A stretch of 45,283 nt of DNA from an uncultured bacterium. GTDB taxonomy: Bacteria > Deinococcota > Deinococci > Deinococcales > Trueperaceae. How positions within the stretch are numbered: position 1 is the stretch's first letter; every line of letters starts with the position of its first letter. Where the stretch lies: positions 1 through 45,283 of the forward strand of contig CAZPWN010000002.1 in the NCBI GenBank assembly GCA_964590475.1, given 5' to 3'. Under the pieces are notes generated by a model, which was not told where the DNA came from, ran no database searches, and saw only the letters and a list, made by a program, of their open reading frames with translations. The translations under genes and the position numbers were made by a program. Below are positions 1 through 8,600 of the stretch, in pieces.

Positions 1-103
1 TGCCGGCGGAGCCGCCCGTGAGGGGGGCGAGGATGCCGATGGTGACCTGGGCGGAAGCCAGGCTCATAACGGCTACTAGTAGGACTGCGACTAACCTTCT
101 CAT
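1..103 (-). CDS. ABC transporter substrate-binding protein, LivJ/Peripla_BP_6-like (5' end only, gene runs off the window)
   Basis: Reverse complement of 1..103 reads ATG MRRLVAVLLVAVMSLASAQVTIGILAPLTGGSAG. That is a signal peptide followed by the IGxLxPLTG motif typical of branched-chain amino-acid type binding proteins. GGAGGAG Shine-Dalgarno lies on the minus strand at 109..115. Confidence 0.55.
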   Translation of the reverse strand, partial: MRRLVAVLLVAVMSLASAQVTIGILAPLTGGSAG

Positions 104-210
104 GCTTTCTCCTCCTGTGCTGCTTGCTTTTCGGACGACTGAGTGAGGGTTCGGGCCAGGGGCGTAGGGTCGCTGACCTCGCCTTGGCGGCGCGGCCAGG
201 CCGGATGGCG

Positions 211-1194
211 TCACATGGTGGTGACCCCCCGCCTGCCTATGCCGCCTTGGGCGTCGTGCTTGCGTAGGAACGGGCGCGCTAGGGCCGCCACCGCAGCGGC
301 GTTCTCGATGGGGGCCGCGTGGCCCGCTCCGGGGATCGTCCGCACCTGCTTGGGGTCGCGGCCGAACTGCTCGAGCACCTCCCGGTGGCTCCGCACTGGG
401 GTGAGCACGTCGTCCTCACCCACGGCCACCAACAGTGGCAGAGAAGCCTGCGAGAGAGCGGGTTGCAGGTCGGGCTCGGTGTCGGCGGAGTCGAGCAGGC
501 CGGTAAGGAGCGACTGCACCGCGTCCTGCGGTTGCCCCGCCGCCAGTTCCCGCGCCTCCGCCAGCGCTTCGGCGTTGGCGGCGAGGAAGTCGGGGCCCCA
601 GACCCACGGCGTGGCGGCGTCGAAGCGGGCGGCGGCGCCGCCGGCGGCCAGGGCGTTGAGCCACGACCGCACCGCGGCGTGCAGCCGGGCGTCGACCCGG
701 GCGAACGTGTCGAGCAGCGTGAGCGAGAGGATGCTGCCGCAGTGCTTGGGCAGCAGCGCCAGCTCGGCCTCGTGCAGGCCGGCCGCGGTGGCCAACCCCT
801 CATCCTGGAGCCAGCCGAGCAGCAGCTGGGTCACGTAGCCGCCGTTGCTGAGGGCTATCACGTGCAGCGGCGTCAGGCCGCGCCCGCCGAGGTCGTTCAG
901 GAGCGCCAGCAGGTCGCGCGCGTGGCGCTCCCTGGTGTACGGGCCGGCGGGCGCGCCGGAGGCCCCCTGGCCGCGCATGTCGTAGCGCACCACCGCCCGC
1001 TCCTTCTGCAGCAGCCGGCCGAGCTGGTTCCACGACTCCGTGGACATGGTGATGCCGTTGACCAGGAGCACGGGCGCGCTGTCCGGGTCTGCCCCCGCCC
1101 CGGCGGCCGTCGTTTCCACGTACAGCTCCACGCCGTCGTCGGTGGTCAGGCGCCAGCTCTCCTTACCCGCCCCTCCGGTCAGCTCCCTGCTCAC
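211..1194 (-). CDS. alpha/beta-fold hydrolase
   Basis: 327-aa ORF. Its GTG start (1192..1194) overlaps the upstream stop (GTGA). Alpha/beta hydrolase hallmarks are present: VLLVNGITMS oxyanion region, nucleophile elbow IALSNGG, C-terminal GAGHAAPIE histidine motif. Confidence 0.85.
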   Translation of the reverse strand: MSRELTGGAGKESWRLTTDDGVELYVETTAAGAGADPDSAPVLLVNGITMSTESWNQLGRLLQKERAVVRYDMRGQGASGAPAGPYTRERHARDLLALLNDLGGRGLTPLHVIALSNGGYVTQLLLGWLQDEGLATAAGLHEAELALLPKHCGSILSLTLLDTFARVDARLHAAVRSWLNALAAGGAAARFDAATPWVWGPDFLAANAEALAEARELAAGQPQDAVQSLLTGLLDSADTEPDLQPALSQASLPLLVAVGEDDVLTPVRSHREVLEQFGRDPKQVRTIPGAGHAAPIENAAAVAALARPFLRKHDAQGGIGRRGVTTM

Positions 1195-2681
1195 GCGGCG
1201 TCACCCCCTAGCTGGCTGGCGAGCTGGGTCTTGAGGATCTTGCCCGCCGCGCTCTTGGGCAGGGCGCTCACGATGCGGATGCTCTTGGGCACCTTGTAGT
1301 TGGCCAGACGCTGCTTGAGGTAGTCGCGCAGTTCGCTTTCGCTCAGCGCGCTGCCGGGGTGCAGCCGCACCGCGGCCAGGCCCACCTCGCCCCAGCGCGG
1401 GTCCGGCACGCCCAGCACGGCGCACTCGGCCACGGCTGGATGATCGTAGATCACGGCCTCCACCTCGCTGGGGTAGACGTTCTCGCCGCCGGAGACGAAC
1501 ATCTCCTTGCGCCGGCCGACGATGGTGAAGAAGCCGTCCTCGTCGGTCACGGCCAGGTCGCCCGTCCAGAGCCAGCCGTCCCTCAGCGCCTCGGAGGTCT
1601 CCTCGGGCCTCTCGAAGTAGCCGCTGAACACGTGCGGCCCGGCCAGCGTCAGCTCGCCCACCTCACCGGGGGCGCAGGGGGTGGCGTCGGGCTCGCGCAC
1701 CACCGCGCGAGCGTGCAGCACGGGCTTGCCCACGCTCCGCGGCCGCTCCTCGGCCTGGTCCAGGGTGATGCTGAAGCAGTTGACGCCCGCTTCGGAGAGG
1801 CCGTAACCCTGCTTGAAGCGCACGCCGCGGCTCCTGTACGCCTCGCGCACGGGCTCCGGGCAGGCGGCGCCGCCTGAGATGGCCCAGCGCACGCTGCTCA
1901 TGTCGGCCGCGTCGAAGCCCGGGTCCTCGGCGAGCATGTGGAACATGGTGGGTACCAGGAAGAGGATGGTGGCGCCGTGCTCCTCCACCTTTGCGAGGTA
2001 ATCGGCCGGGTCGAAGGCGGACTGCAGCACCACGCGGGCGCCCATGTGCAGGAGCGGGATGCTGAGCGCGTTCACGGCCGCATGGAACGCCGGCGTGGCC
2101 TGGACGGCGCAGTCGTCGGCCCGGAGGCCCCACGAGAGCACGGTGTTGACGGCGTTGTAGAAGCCCTGCCGGTAGGGCAGCACGGCGCCCTTGGGCAGAC
2201 CGGTGGTGCCGCCCGTCAGCAGTATCATCTGCGGGTCTTCCGGCCCCAGGCCCGGCTCCGGTGGTGCCACCGGGTGGGTGGCGGCGAGCTCCCTCTCGTA
2301 GGCGCCCAGGTCCAGGGCGGGCGCGGACGCGCCGCGCGCCGCCGCGGCCGCCACCTGGGCGTGCGGTTCGTCGTGGAGTACGAGCTTGGGCCTGAGGTAC
2401 GCGCCGAGCGCCTCCTGCTCGGGGGCGGCCAGGCGGGTGTTGAGCGGTGTGTAGACGAAGCCCGCCTTGGCGGTGGCGAGGATCAGGTCCATGTGCGCCA
2501 GGTGGTTGTGCGCGAGGATCGAGACGCGGTCGCCCTTGCGCACCCCCCTCGCGTGGAGCATGGCGGCCAGGCGCGTGGCGCGCTCGTTCAGTTCGGCGTA
2601 GGTGTACCAGCGGTCCTCGAAGAACACGGCGTGGGCGCCTGGCGTGAGCTCCGCGCGGCGGGCGGCTAGGTCGAGGATCAT
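1191..2681 (-). CDS. AMP-dependent synthetase/ligase (ANL family, acyl-CoA synthetase-like)
   Basis: The real start is the ATG at 2679..2681 (MILDLAARRAELTPG...), 496 aa; the 816-aa track ORF is an Arg/Gly-rich extension. ANL core motifs are present: LLTGGTTGLPKGAVL, GYGLSEAG, TGDLAVTDEDGFFTIVGRRKEMFVSGGENVYPSEVE, LPKSAAGKILK. An ATGA overlap joins it to the upstream stop. Confidence 0.9.
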   Translation of the reverse strand: MILDLAARRAELTPGAHAVFFEDRWYTYAELNERATRLAAMLHARGVRKGDRVSILAHNHLAHMDLILATAKAGFVYTPLNTRLAAPEQEALGAYLRPKLVLHDEPHAQVAAAAARGASAPALDLGAYERELAATHPVAPPEPGLGPEDPQMILLTGGTTGLPKGAVLPYRQGFYNAVNTVLSWGLRADDCAVQATPAFHAAVNALSIPLLHMGARVVLQSAFDPADYLAKVEEHGATILFLVPTMFHMLAEDPGFDAADMSSVRWAISGGAACPEPVREAYRSRGVRFKQGYGLSEAGVNCFSITLDQAEERPRSVGKPVLHARAVVREPDATPCAPGEVGELTLAGPHVFSGYFERPEETSEALRDGWLWTGDLAVTDEDGFFTIVGRRKEMFVSGGENVYPSEVEAVIYDHPAVAECAVLGVPDPRWGEVGLAAVRLHPGSALSESELRDYLKQRLANYKVPKSIRIVSALPKSAAGKILKTQLASQLGGDAA

Positions 2682-3739
2682 CTCGCGGCGCTCCCGCCTC
2701 GCGCGTCTACTTCCGTGGTGCCGGAGCCCACCGTGCCGTCCCAGCGCAGGGCCAGGGCGTTCCACACGTAACCCACCCCGGCGGCCACCAGCACGGCCAG
2801 GTCGCCCGCCGCCAGTCGACCCTGCTGCGCGGCGAGTTCGAGCGAGAGGATCTGGTCGACCTGCCCCAGGTGCCCGTAGTCGCTGAGGTAGATGGAGCGC
2901 TCCTGGCCCAGGCCGAGCTGCTCGAGTATGTAGTCGTGCGCGCTGCGCTTCATGTGGAGCATGGCCAGGTGGTCCACCTGCTCCAGGCTGGCGCCGGAGC
3001 GCTCCACCGCCTGCTTCACCACCTGCAGGAACGTCTTGAGGCTCTTCTCCTCGAGGCGCTCCTTCATGCCGGCCGGGTCGGTCACCTGCAGCCGGTACTC
3101 TCCTAAGTTCTCGGGCGTGAGGGGCGCCTTGGTGCCGCCCACGGGCACGAGCACGTCCAGCGAGAAGCTGCCGTCGGTCACGATGCTGGAGCCCAGCACC
3201 TCGTGTCCGCGGCCCCGCTGCACCACCGCCGCGGCGCCCCCGGCGCCCAGGTTGTACATGAAGCGCACGTTCTCGTCCTGCATGTCTATCAGGTCCGAGT
3301 TGCGGTAGCCGCCGGCCACGAGAACGGTGTCCACGCTCTCGTCGGCCACCAGCAGGTCTCGCGCCTGCTTGATGGCGAGCACGGCGGTGCCGCACTTCTG
3401 CCCCACGTCGTAGGCGTAGGCGTTGTGGGCACCCAGGTCGTGGGCGAGCTTGATGCCCGCCGTCCAGACCGGGTACTCCTTGTACTCCTCCGTTATGGAG
3501 ATGACCACGTCGACGTCGCCTGCGGATACGCCGGCTTGCGCCAGGGCCCGCTCCGCCGCCCACACGCCCATGGCGGTCGGGTGATCGTCCTCGCCGGGCA
3601 GCACGCGCTCGCTTATGCCCATCTTCTCGCGCACCACCCACTCGGGCACGCCGCTGGCCTCCGAGATGTCGGCTGCGCTCAGCCGGCCGGCCGGCACGTA
3701 GGTGCCGAGCCCCGTGACGCCTACCCTGGGGCGACTCAC
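2678..3739 (-). CDS. 3-oxoacyl-ACP synthase III (KASIII/FabH-like) thiolase-fold condensing enzyme
   Basis: GTG start at 3737..3739 (VSRPRVGVTGLGTYVP...), 353 aa, overlapping the TetR stop as GTGA. It has a FabH-like N-terminus, a candidate nucleophile Cys in DVGQKCGTAVLAIKQA, then LAMLHMKRSAHDY and SDYGHLGQVDQ in the C-terminal half. Confidence 0.85.
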   Translation of the reverse strand: MSRPRVGVTGLGTYVPAGRLSAADISEASGVPEWVVREKMGISERVLPGEDDHPTAMGVWAAERALAQAGVSAGDVDVVISITEEYKEYPVWTAGIKLAHDLGAHNAYAYDVGQKCGTAVLAIKQARDLLVADESVDTVLVAGGYRNSDLIDMQDENVRFMYNLGAGGAAAVVQRGRGHEVLGSSIVTDGSFSLDVLVPVGGTKAPLTPENLGEYRLQVTDPAGMKERLEEKSLKTFLQVVKQAVERSGASLEQVDHLAMLHMKRSAHDYILEQLGLGQERSIYLSDYGHLGQVDQILSLELAAQQGRLAAGDLAVLVAAGVGYVWNALALRWDGTVGSGTTEVDARGGSAAR

Positions 3740-4338
3740 GCCTGCTCCGGCACGGCCAGGCCGTTCACGAGTAGCGCGAACGTAGTGTCGAGCACCTCGG
3801 CGGGTGGCGGGCGCTTGTCCCAGATGGCGTAGCGCAGCCCCAGGAAGTGCGCCACGCCCATGAGCGCCCACGCCTGGGCCTCGGGGTGCCCGCTACGGAT
3901 CTCGTGCTTCTGCTGCGCCTCGGTCAGGCGCTCCGCGTAGGCGTCCGCCAGCGTCTGGTAGTACTCGCGGTAGATGCTCTCGTCCACGAACTGCGACTCC
4001 ATGACAACGCGGTAGAGGTTCTGGTTCTCCAGCGCGAAGGTTATGAAGGCGCCCAAGCCGGCCTTCTCCACGTCCATGCGGTGCGTGAGACCCTTGGTGG
4101 CCTCGGACAGGGCACGGCGCAGGCGCCGGCCCATGTCGCGCACCAGCTGCCGCAGCACGTCGTCCTTGCTGGGGAAGTAGAGGTAGAAGGTGCCCTGCGC
4201 GACGCCCGCGCGGTTGACGATGCTCGCTACGGAGGTGCGGGCGAAGCCGTTCTCGCCGAACTCGTTCTCCGCGGCGTCGAGGATGCGCTTCCTGGTGGCC
4301 TCGCCGCGCGCGGTGGTGGGTCTTGGCAATGGGGTCAA
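3736..4338 (-). CDS. TetR/AcrR family transcriptional regulator
   Basis: 200 aa with a TTG start (4336..4338) and GGGAGAG 8 nt upstream. The N-terminal TetR HTH is RKRILDAAENEFGENGFARTSVASIVNRAGVAQGTFYLYFPSKDDV. Confidence 0.9.
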   Translation of the reverse strand: MTPLPRPTTARGEATRKRILDAAENEFGENGFARTSVASIVNRAGVAQGTFYLYFPSKDDVLRQLVRDMGRRLRRALSEATKGLTHRMDVEKAGLGAFITFALENQNLYRVVMESQFVDESIYREYYQTLADAYAERLTEAQQKHEIRSGHPEAQAWALMGVAHFLGLRYAIWDKRPPPAEVLDTTFALLVNGLAVPEQA

Positions 4339-4387
4339 GCCGGTATCTCTCCCATGAGCCGAGCGACGATAGTGCGCCCGGCGGAGC

Positions 4388-4430
4388 TACATGACAGGTG
4401 ATTCATCAGTCAGTTATGTGAAGCGTACGT
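4388..4430. promoter_or_regulatory. candidate promoter/operator patch in the TetR / USP-cgs divergent intergenic region
   Basis: This is the most AT-rich stretch of the 364-bp gap. It holds an imperfect dyad TGAC-AGG-TGAT TC ATCA-GTCA (4392..4412) and a CGTACG palindrome (4425..4430). No consensus -35/-10 could be placed confidently. Confidence 0.25.
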
Positions 4431-4702
4431 GCGATCCTCCCCGGCTGTCAACGTGCGGCCCCCCGGGTCGAGTACACAACCCAGCCGGGTCGATGGTGGC
4501 TCTGGGCGGCCACGACGTGCATTTAGCAGCCGCTGCAGCGCCTTCCGGCCATATGCTCGGGTTCATCGAGCGGTGCGGCCTCGCCTGCCCCACCAGGTAG
4601 CTGCTTCGCAGGCGCACCGACCAGCACGTCCTGCTGCGTCCTCTCTTGCTTCCTGCTGCCGTGCGTACTTGCAAAGCCATCTCGTCCCTAAAGGGGTGAC
4701 GC

Positions 4703-5635
4703 ATGCTAGAGATCCTGTTCCCGCTGGCCGGAACTCGGGCCGACGACGTAGCCGCAGACCACGCCTTGCGTGTTGCCAAGCTGCTGAACGCCAATGTGCA
4801 CCTGGTGCGGGTGCTGGAGAGCCGCCGCACCAGCGATCGCCCCACGGACCCGGTGGACTGGCAGATCAAGAAGGGTGAAGCCGAGAACTCGCTCACCCGC
4901 GTTGCCGAGAAGCTGTCGCGCGCCGGAGTGGAGAGCGAGCAGGTCCTGCTGGAGGGCGACCCCACCGAGCACCTCGTCAACTACGCCCGGCAGAAGAACG
5001 CCGACCTGGTGCTGCTGACGGGCGGGCCGCGGCACGGCGCCCTCGGCATCTCGGGCGGCGAGCTGCTATGGCGCTCCTTCCTCACCACCCTGCTGGTCAG
5101 GCCCTACCAGGAGCTGAGCGAGAGCCCCCAGGCGGCGTACCCGCGGATCCTGGTGGCGCTGGACGGCTCGAAGCGGGCGGAGTGCGTGCTGCCGTGGGTG
5201 CAGATGCTCGCCGCCGCGGGCGAGGGAAAGGGGGTCGAGGTGGTGTTGGCGCACGTGGTGGTGGAGCCCGAACTGCCCCGCCTGACACCCCCGTCGGAGG
5301 AGGACACGGAGCTGGCCCGCCGCCTGGTTGAGCGCAACCGCGAGGAGGCCGCCGCCTACCTGGAGGGCGCCAGGGCCCGGCTCGGCGTGCGCGCCGAGAC
5401 CAGGATGCTGCAGGGCCGCAAGGCCTCTACCGTCCTCCTGGACATGGTGGAGGCGGAGGACATGGACCTGGTGGTACTCAGCGCCCACGGCTACGGGGGA
5501 GAGTCGCCCTGGCCCTTCGGGGACGTGGCCACCAGCTTCATAGAACGGGGCCGTACACCGCTGCTGCTGGTCCAGGACATGCTGAAGGGCCAGTTCGACC
5601 CGGCGGGCGTCACCTCCGAGAGCTGGGGCGGCTGA
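4703..5635 (+). CDS. universal stress protein, tandem USP domains
   Basis: 310 aa, ATG preceded by AAGGGG. Two UspA-like halves are present (ILFPLAG...DLVLLTGG and ILVALDGS...DLVVLSAHGYGG...TPLLLVQD). Confidence 0.85.
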   Translation: MLEILFPLAGTRADDVAADHALRVAKLLNANVHLVRVLESRRTSDRPTDPVDWQIKKGEAENSLTRVAEKLSRAGVESEQVLLEGDPTEHLVNYARQKNADLVLLTGGPRHGALGISGGELLWRSFLTTLLVRPYQELSESPQAAYPRILVALDGSKRAECVLPWVQMLAAAGEGKGVEVVLAHVVVEPELPRLTPPSEEDTELARRLVERNREEAAAYLEGARARLGVRAETRMLQGRKASTVLLDMVEAEDMDLVVLSAHGYGGESPWPFGDVATSFIERGRTPLLLVQDMLKGQFDPAGVTSESWGG

Positions 5636-8600
5636 GTGGAGGTCACGGACGACGCCCTGCACCGCCTGCGGTCCGCCGCCCGCGATCTGGGACGCATCCA
5701 TGGGGAGCTGACCGCCCAGTCCCGCGCCGACCTGACGGACAGCTACGCGGCCGAGTGGTTCCTCGACAACTACTACCTGGTGCGGGCGGCCACCCGCCAG
5801 GTGGAGCAGGACCTGCCCCGACCCTTCTACCGCAAGCTGCCGCGGGAGGAGGGCGCCCAGGCCGCCGCGGAGCCGCGCGTCCACGCCCTCGCCGTCAGCC
5901 TGGCGCAGCGGAGCCAGGCGCGCCTCGACCTGGACGTGGTGGAAGAGGAGGTGCGTAGCCACCAGCAGGAGCGCCCCCTGACCATGGGCGAGCTGTGGGC
6001 GCTGCCCGCCTTGCTTCGCCTGGTGATCATCGAGCTGCTGGCGGGCAGCATGAGCCGCATCGCCCAGGCTGGGCGCGCCACGGCCGAGCAGGACGAGGTT
6101 CCCGTACCGTCCGCCGGAGAAGAGACCGAACTCGCTGACTGGCCGGGGCCCGTTGCCGACAGCGACGACGAGCAGGTGGCCAACTGCATCGTGAGCCTGC
6201 GGGCGCTAAGGCACGAGGACTGGAAGGCGTTCTTCGAGCGGCTGAGCGTGGTGCATCAGGCACTGCTGGGCGACCCCACCGCCACGTACGGCCGCATGGA
6301 CTTCCCCACGCGCGACGCCTACCGCAAGGTGGTCGAGAGGATAGCCGAAGGTTCCGGTCGGTCCGAGGTGGAAGTGGCCGAGGCGGCGGTGACGCTGGCA
6401 GGCGAGTTCGCCACCACCGCCGCGCCTCGGGACGTCACCGTCGACGACCCCCACTGGGACAGCGCCGAGCTGCGACGCTCCCACGTCGGCTTCTACCTGT
6501 TGGGGCCCGGGGTGCGCTTCCTCGAGGAGCGGGCGGGTTACCGCGCGGGGACCTGGGAGACGTGGCGCAGGACGCTGTTAGGCCACCCGAGCGCGGTCTA
6601 CGTGGGCTCGGTGGCGGTGGTGGCCTTCCTGCTGCTCGCGCTGGCGCTGCGTCACGCCGAGTGGGGCGGCGCGAGTCTCTGGCAGGAGCTGCTGGTGCTG
6701 CTCACCGTCACTATCCCCGCCATCAGCATCGCGGTCGGGGTCGTGAACCTCGTGCTGGGGCGCCTGCTGAAGCCCTCGCCTCTGCCCAAGCTGGACCTGA
6801 GTGACGGCGTCCCCCTGACCTACCGGACGGTGGTGGCGGTGCCCGCCATGCTGGACAGCGCGGAGACCGTGGACGAGCTGGTGCGCCAGCTCGAGCAGCA
6901 CTACCTGGGCAACGGCGACGAGCACATCATGTTCGCCCTCCTCACGGACTTCCCCGACGCCGACAAGGAGGAGACCCCCGACGATGCGGCGCTGGTGAGC
7001 CGCGCGCTCGCGGGTATCCGTGAGCTGAACCGCCGCTACGGTCAGGAGGGTGCCCAGCCCTTCTACCTCTTCAACCGCAAGCGCCTCTGGAACGAACGTG
7101 AAGGCGTGTGGATGGGGTGGGAGCGCAAGCGCGGCAAGCTGATGGAGTTCAACCGGCTGCTGCGAGGGGGCAAGGGCACGTCCTACGCGGTGCAGGAGGG
7201 CGACCTCACACGGCTGGCCGGCGCGCAGTACGTGCTGACGCTGGACGCGGACACGAGGCTGCCGCCGGGGGCGGCGCGCCGGCTCATCGGCACGCTGGCC
7301 CATCCCCTCAACCGCGCCGAGTTCGGCGCTGGCGGCAGGGTGGTGGCCGGCTACTCCCTGCTGCAGCCGCGAACGGACATCCTGCCCGAGAGCGCCAACT
7401 CCACGGAGTACAGCCGGCTCTTCGTGGGCGAGAACGGACTCGACCTCTACACCCTCGCCGTATCCGACGTCTACCAGGACCTGTTCGGCGCCGGCATCTA
7501 CGTGGGCAAGGGCCTCTACCGGGTGAACGACTTCGAGCGCGCCTTAGACGGCCGCGTGCCCGAGAACAGCGTGCTGAGCCACGACCTCCTGGAGGGCATC
7601 TACGGCAGCGTGGGCCTCGTGACCGACGTGGTGCTGTACGAGGACTACCCGCCGACCTACTTGGCGCAGGTGCTGCGCATGCAGCGCTGGGTCAGGGGCG
7701 ACTGGCAGCTCCTGCCCTGGCTGCTGGGCGACTCCGCCGGCGACGATCCGGCCCAGAGCGCCGCCGGCCGGGTCGGCGGCCTCGGCGCCCTGGGAGCCTG
7801 GCAGGTCTTCGACAACCTCAGGCGCAGCCTGCTGATGCCCGCCATGGTGCTGATGCTGGTGCTCGGCTGGACGGTGCTGCCCGGCTCACCTCTGCTGTGG
7901 ACGCTCATGGCGCTGGGCACGCTGCTCGTGCCGCTTTTCGGCGAGTCCGTCAACGCCCTGATCGGTGCCGCCTCCACGCTCGCCGAGCGGCGCACCGACT
8001 GGCGGCAGTTGCTCCCCTGGCGCCAGCTGGCTGACGCCGCCAAGCGGTTCGTCATCACCGTGACGTTCCTCCCCTTCGAGGCGCTGGTGGTGCTAAGGAG
8101 CGTGGCCACCACCCTCTACCGCCTCTTCGTCACGCGCCGCCAGCTGCTGCAGTGGCGCACCGCCGCCCAGGGCGCGAAGGCCGCCTCCAGGCTCAGCCTG
8201 GCCGACACCACTTACCGCATGATGCCCGCCCTCGTGCTCACGGTGGGCACCGCGCTGCTGGTCGTAAGCGTGAAGCCCGTGGCGCTCTGGGTGGCGGCCC
8301 CGGTGCTCGTGCTGTGGCTGCTTGCCCCGCTCGTCGCTCACGAGATCAGCCGCTCGCTGGAGCGCGTGGCCGAGGACCTGAGCGCGGCTGAGCGGCGCAA
8401 GCTGCGCACGCTCGCCCGCCGCACCTGGCTCTACTTCGAGCAGTTCGTGGGCCCGGAGGACAACTGGCTGCCGCCGGACAACGTCCAGATGGGCGGCAAC
8501 TCGGCGACCGCGCACAGGACCTCGCCCACCAACATCGGGCTGCTGCTGCAGTCCACCATGTCGGCGCACGACCTCGGTTACCTGGGGCTGGTGGACCTGT

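Noticed and set aside
2682-3641. N-terminal 320-aa extension of the 816-aa ORF (1191..3641), which would suggest a giant fusion protein
   Set aside because: The extension is Arg/Gly-rich low-complexity sequence and overlaps the KASIII-like gene in another frame. The ligase homology begins at the ATG at 2681, which forms an ATGA overlap with the upstream stop.
211-3739. Calling the KASIII / ligase / hydrolase genes a bona fide oleABCD olefin cluster
   Set aside because: No OleD-type reductase is present in the operon or nearby. The gene order differs from oleABCD, and clade membership cannot be established by eye. It is kept only as an analogy in the findings.
4391-4600. 69-aa ORF in the TetR / USP intergenic region as a small protein gene
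   Set aside because: It has no RBS and an odd composition (Pro/Gly/Ser/His-rich), and it overlaps equally long ORFs in other frames. It is more likely untranslated leader or promoter DNA.
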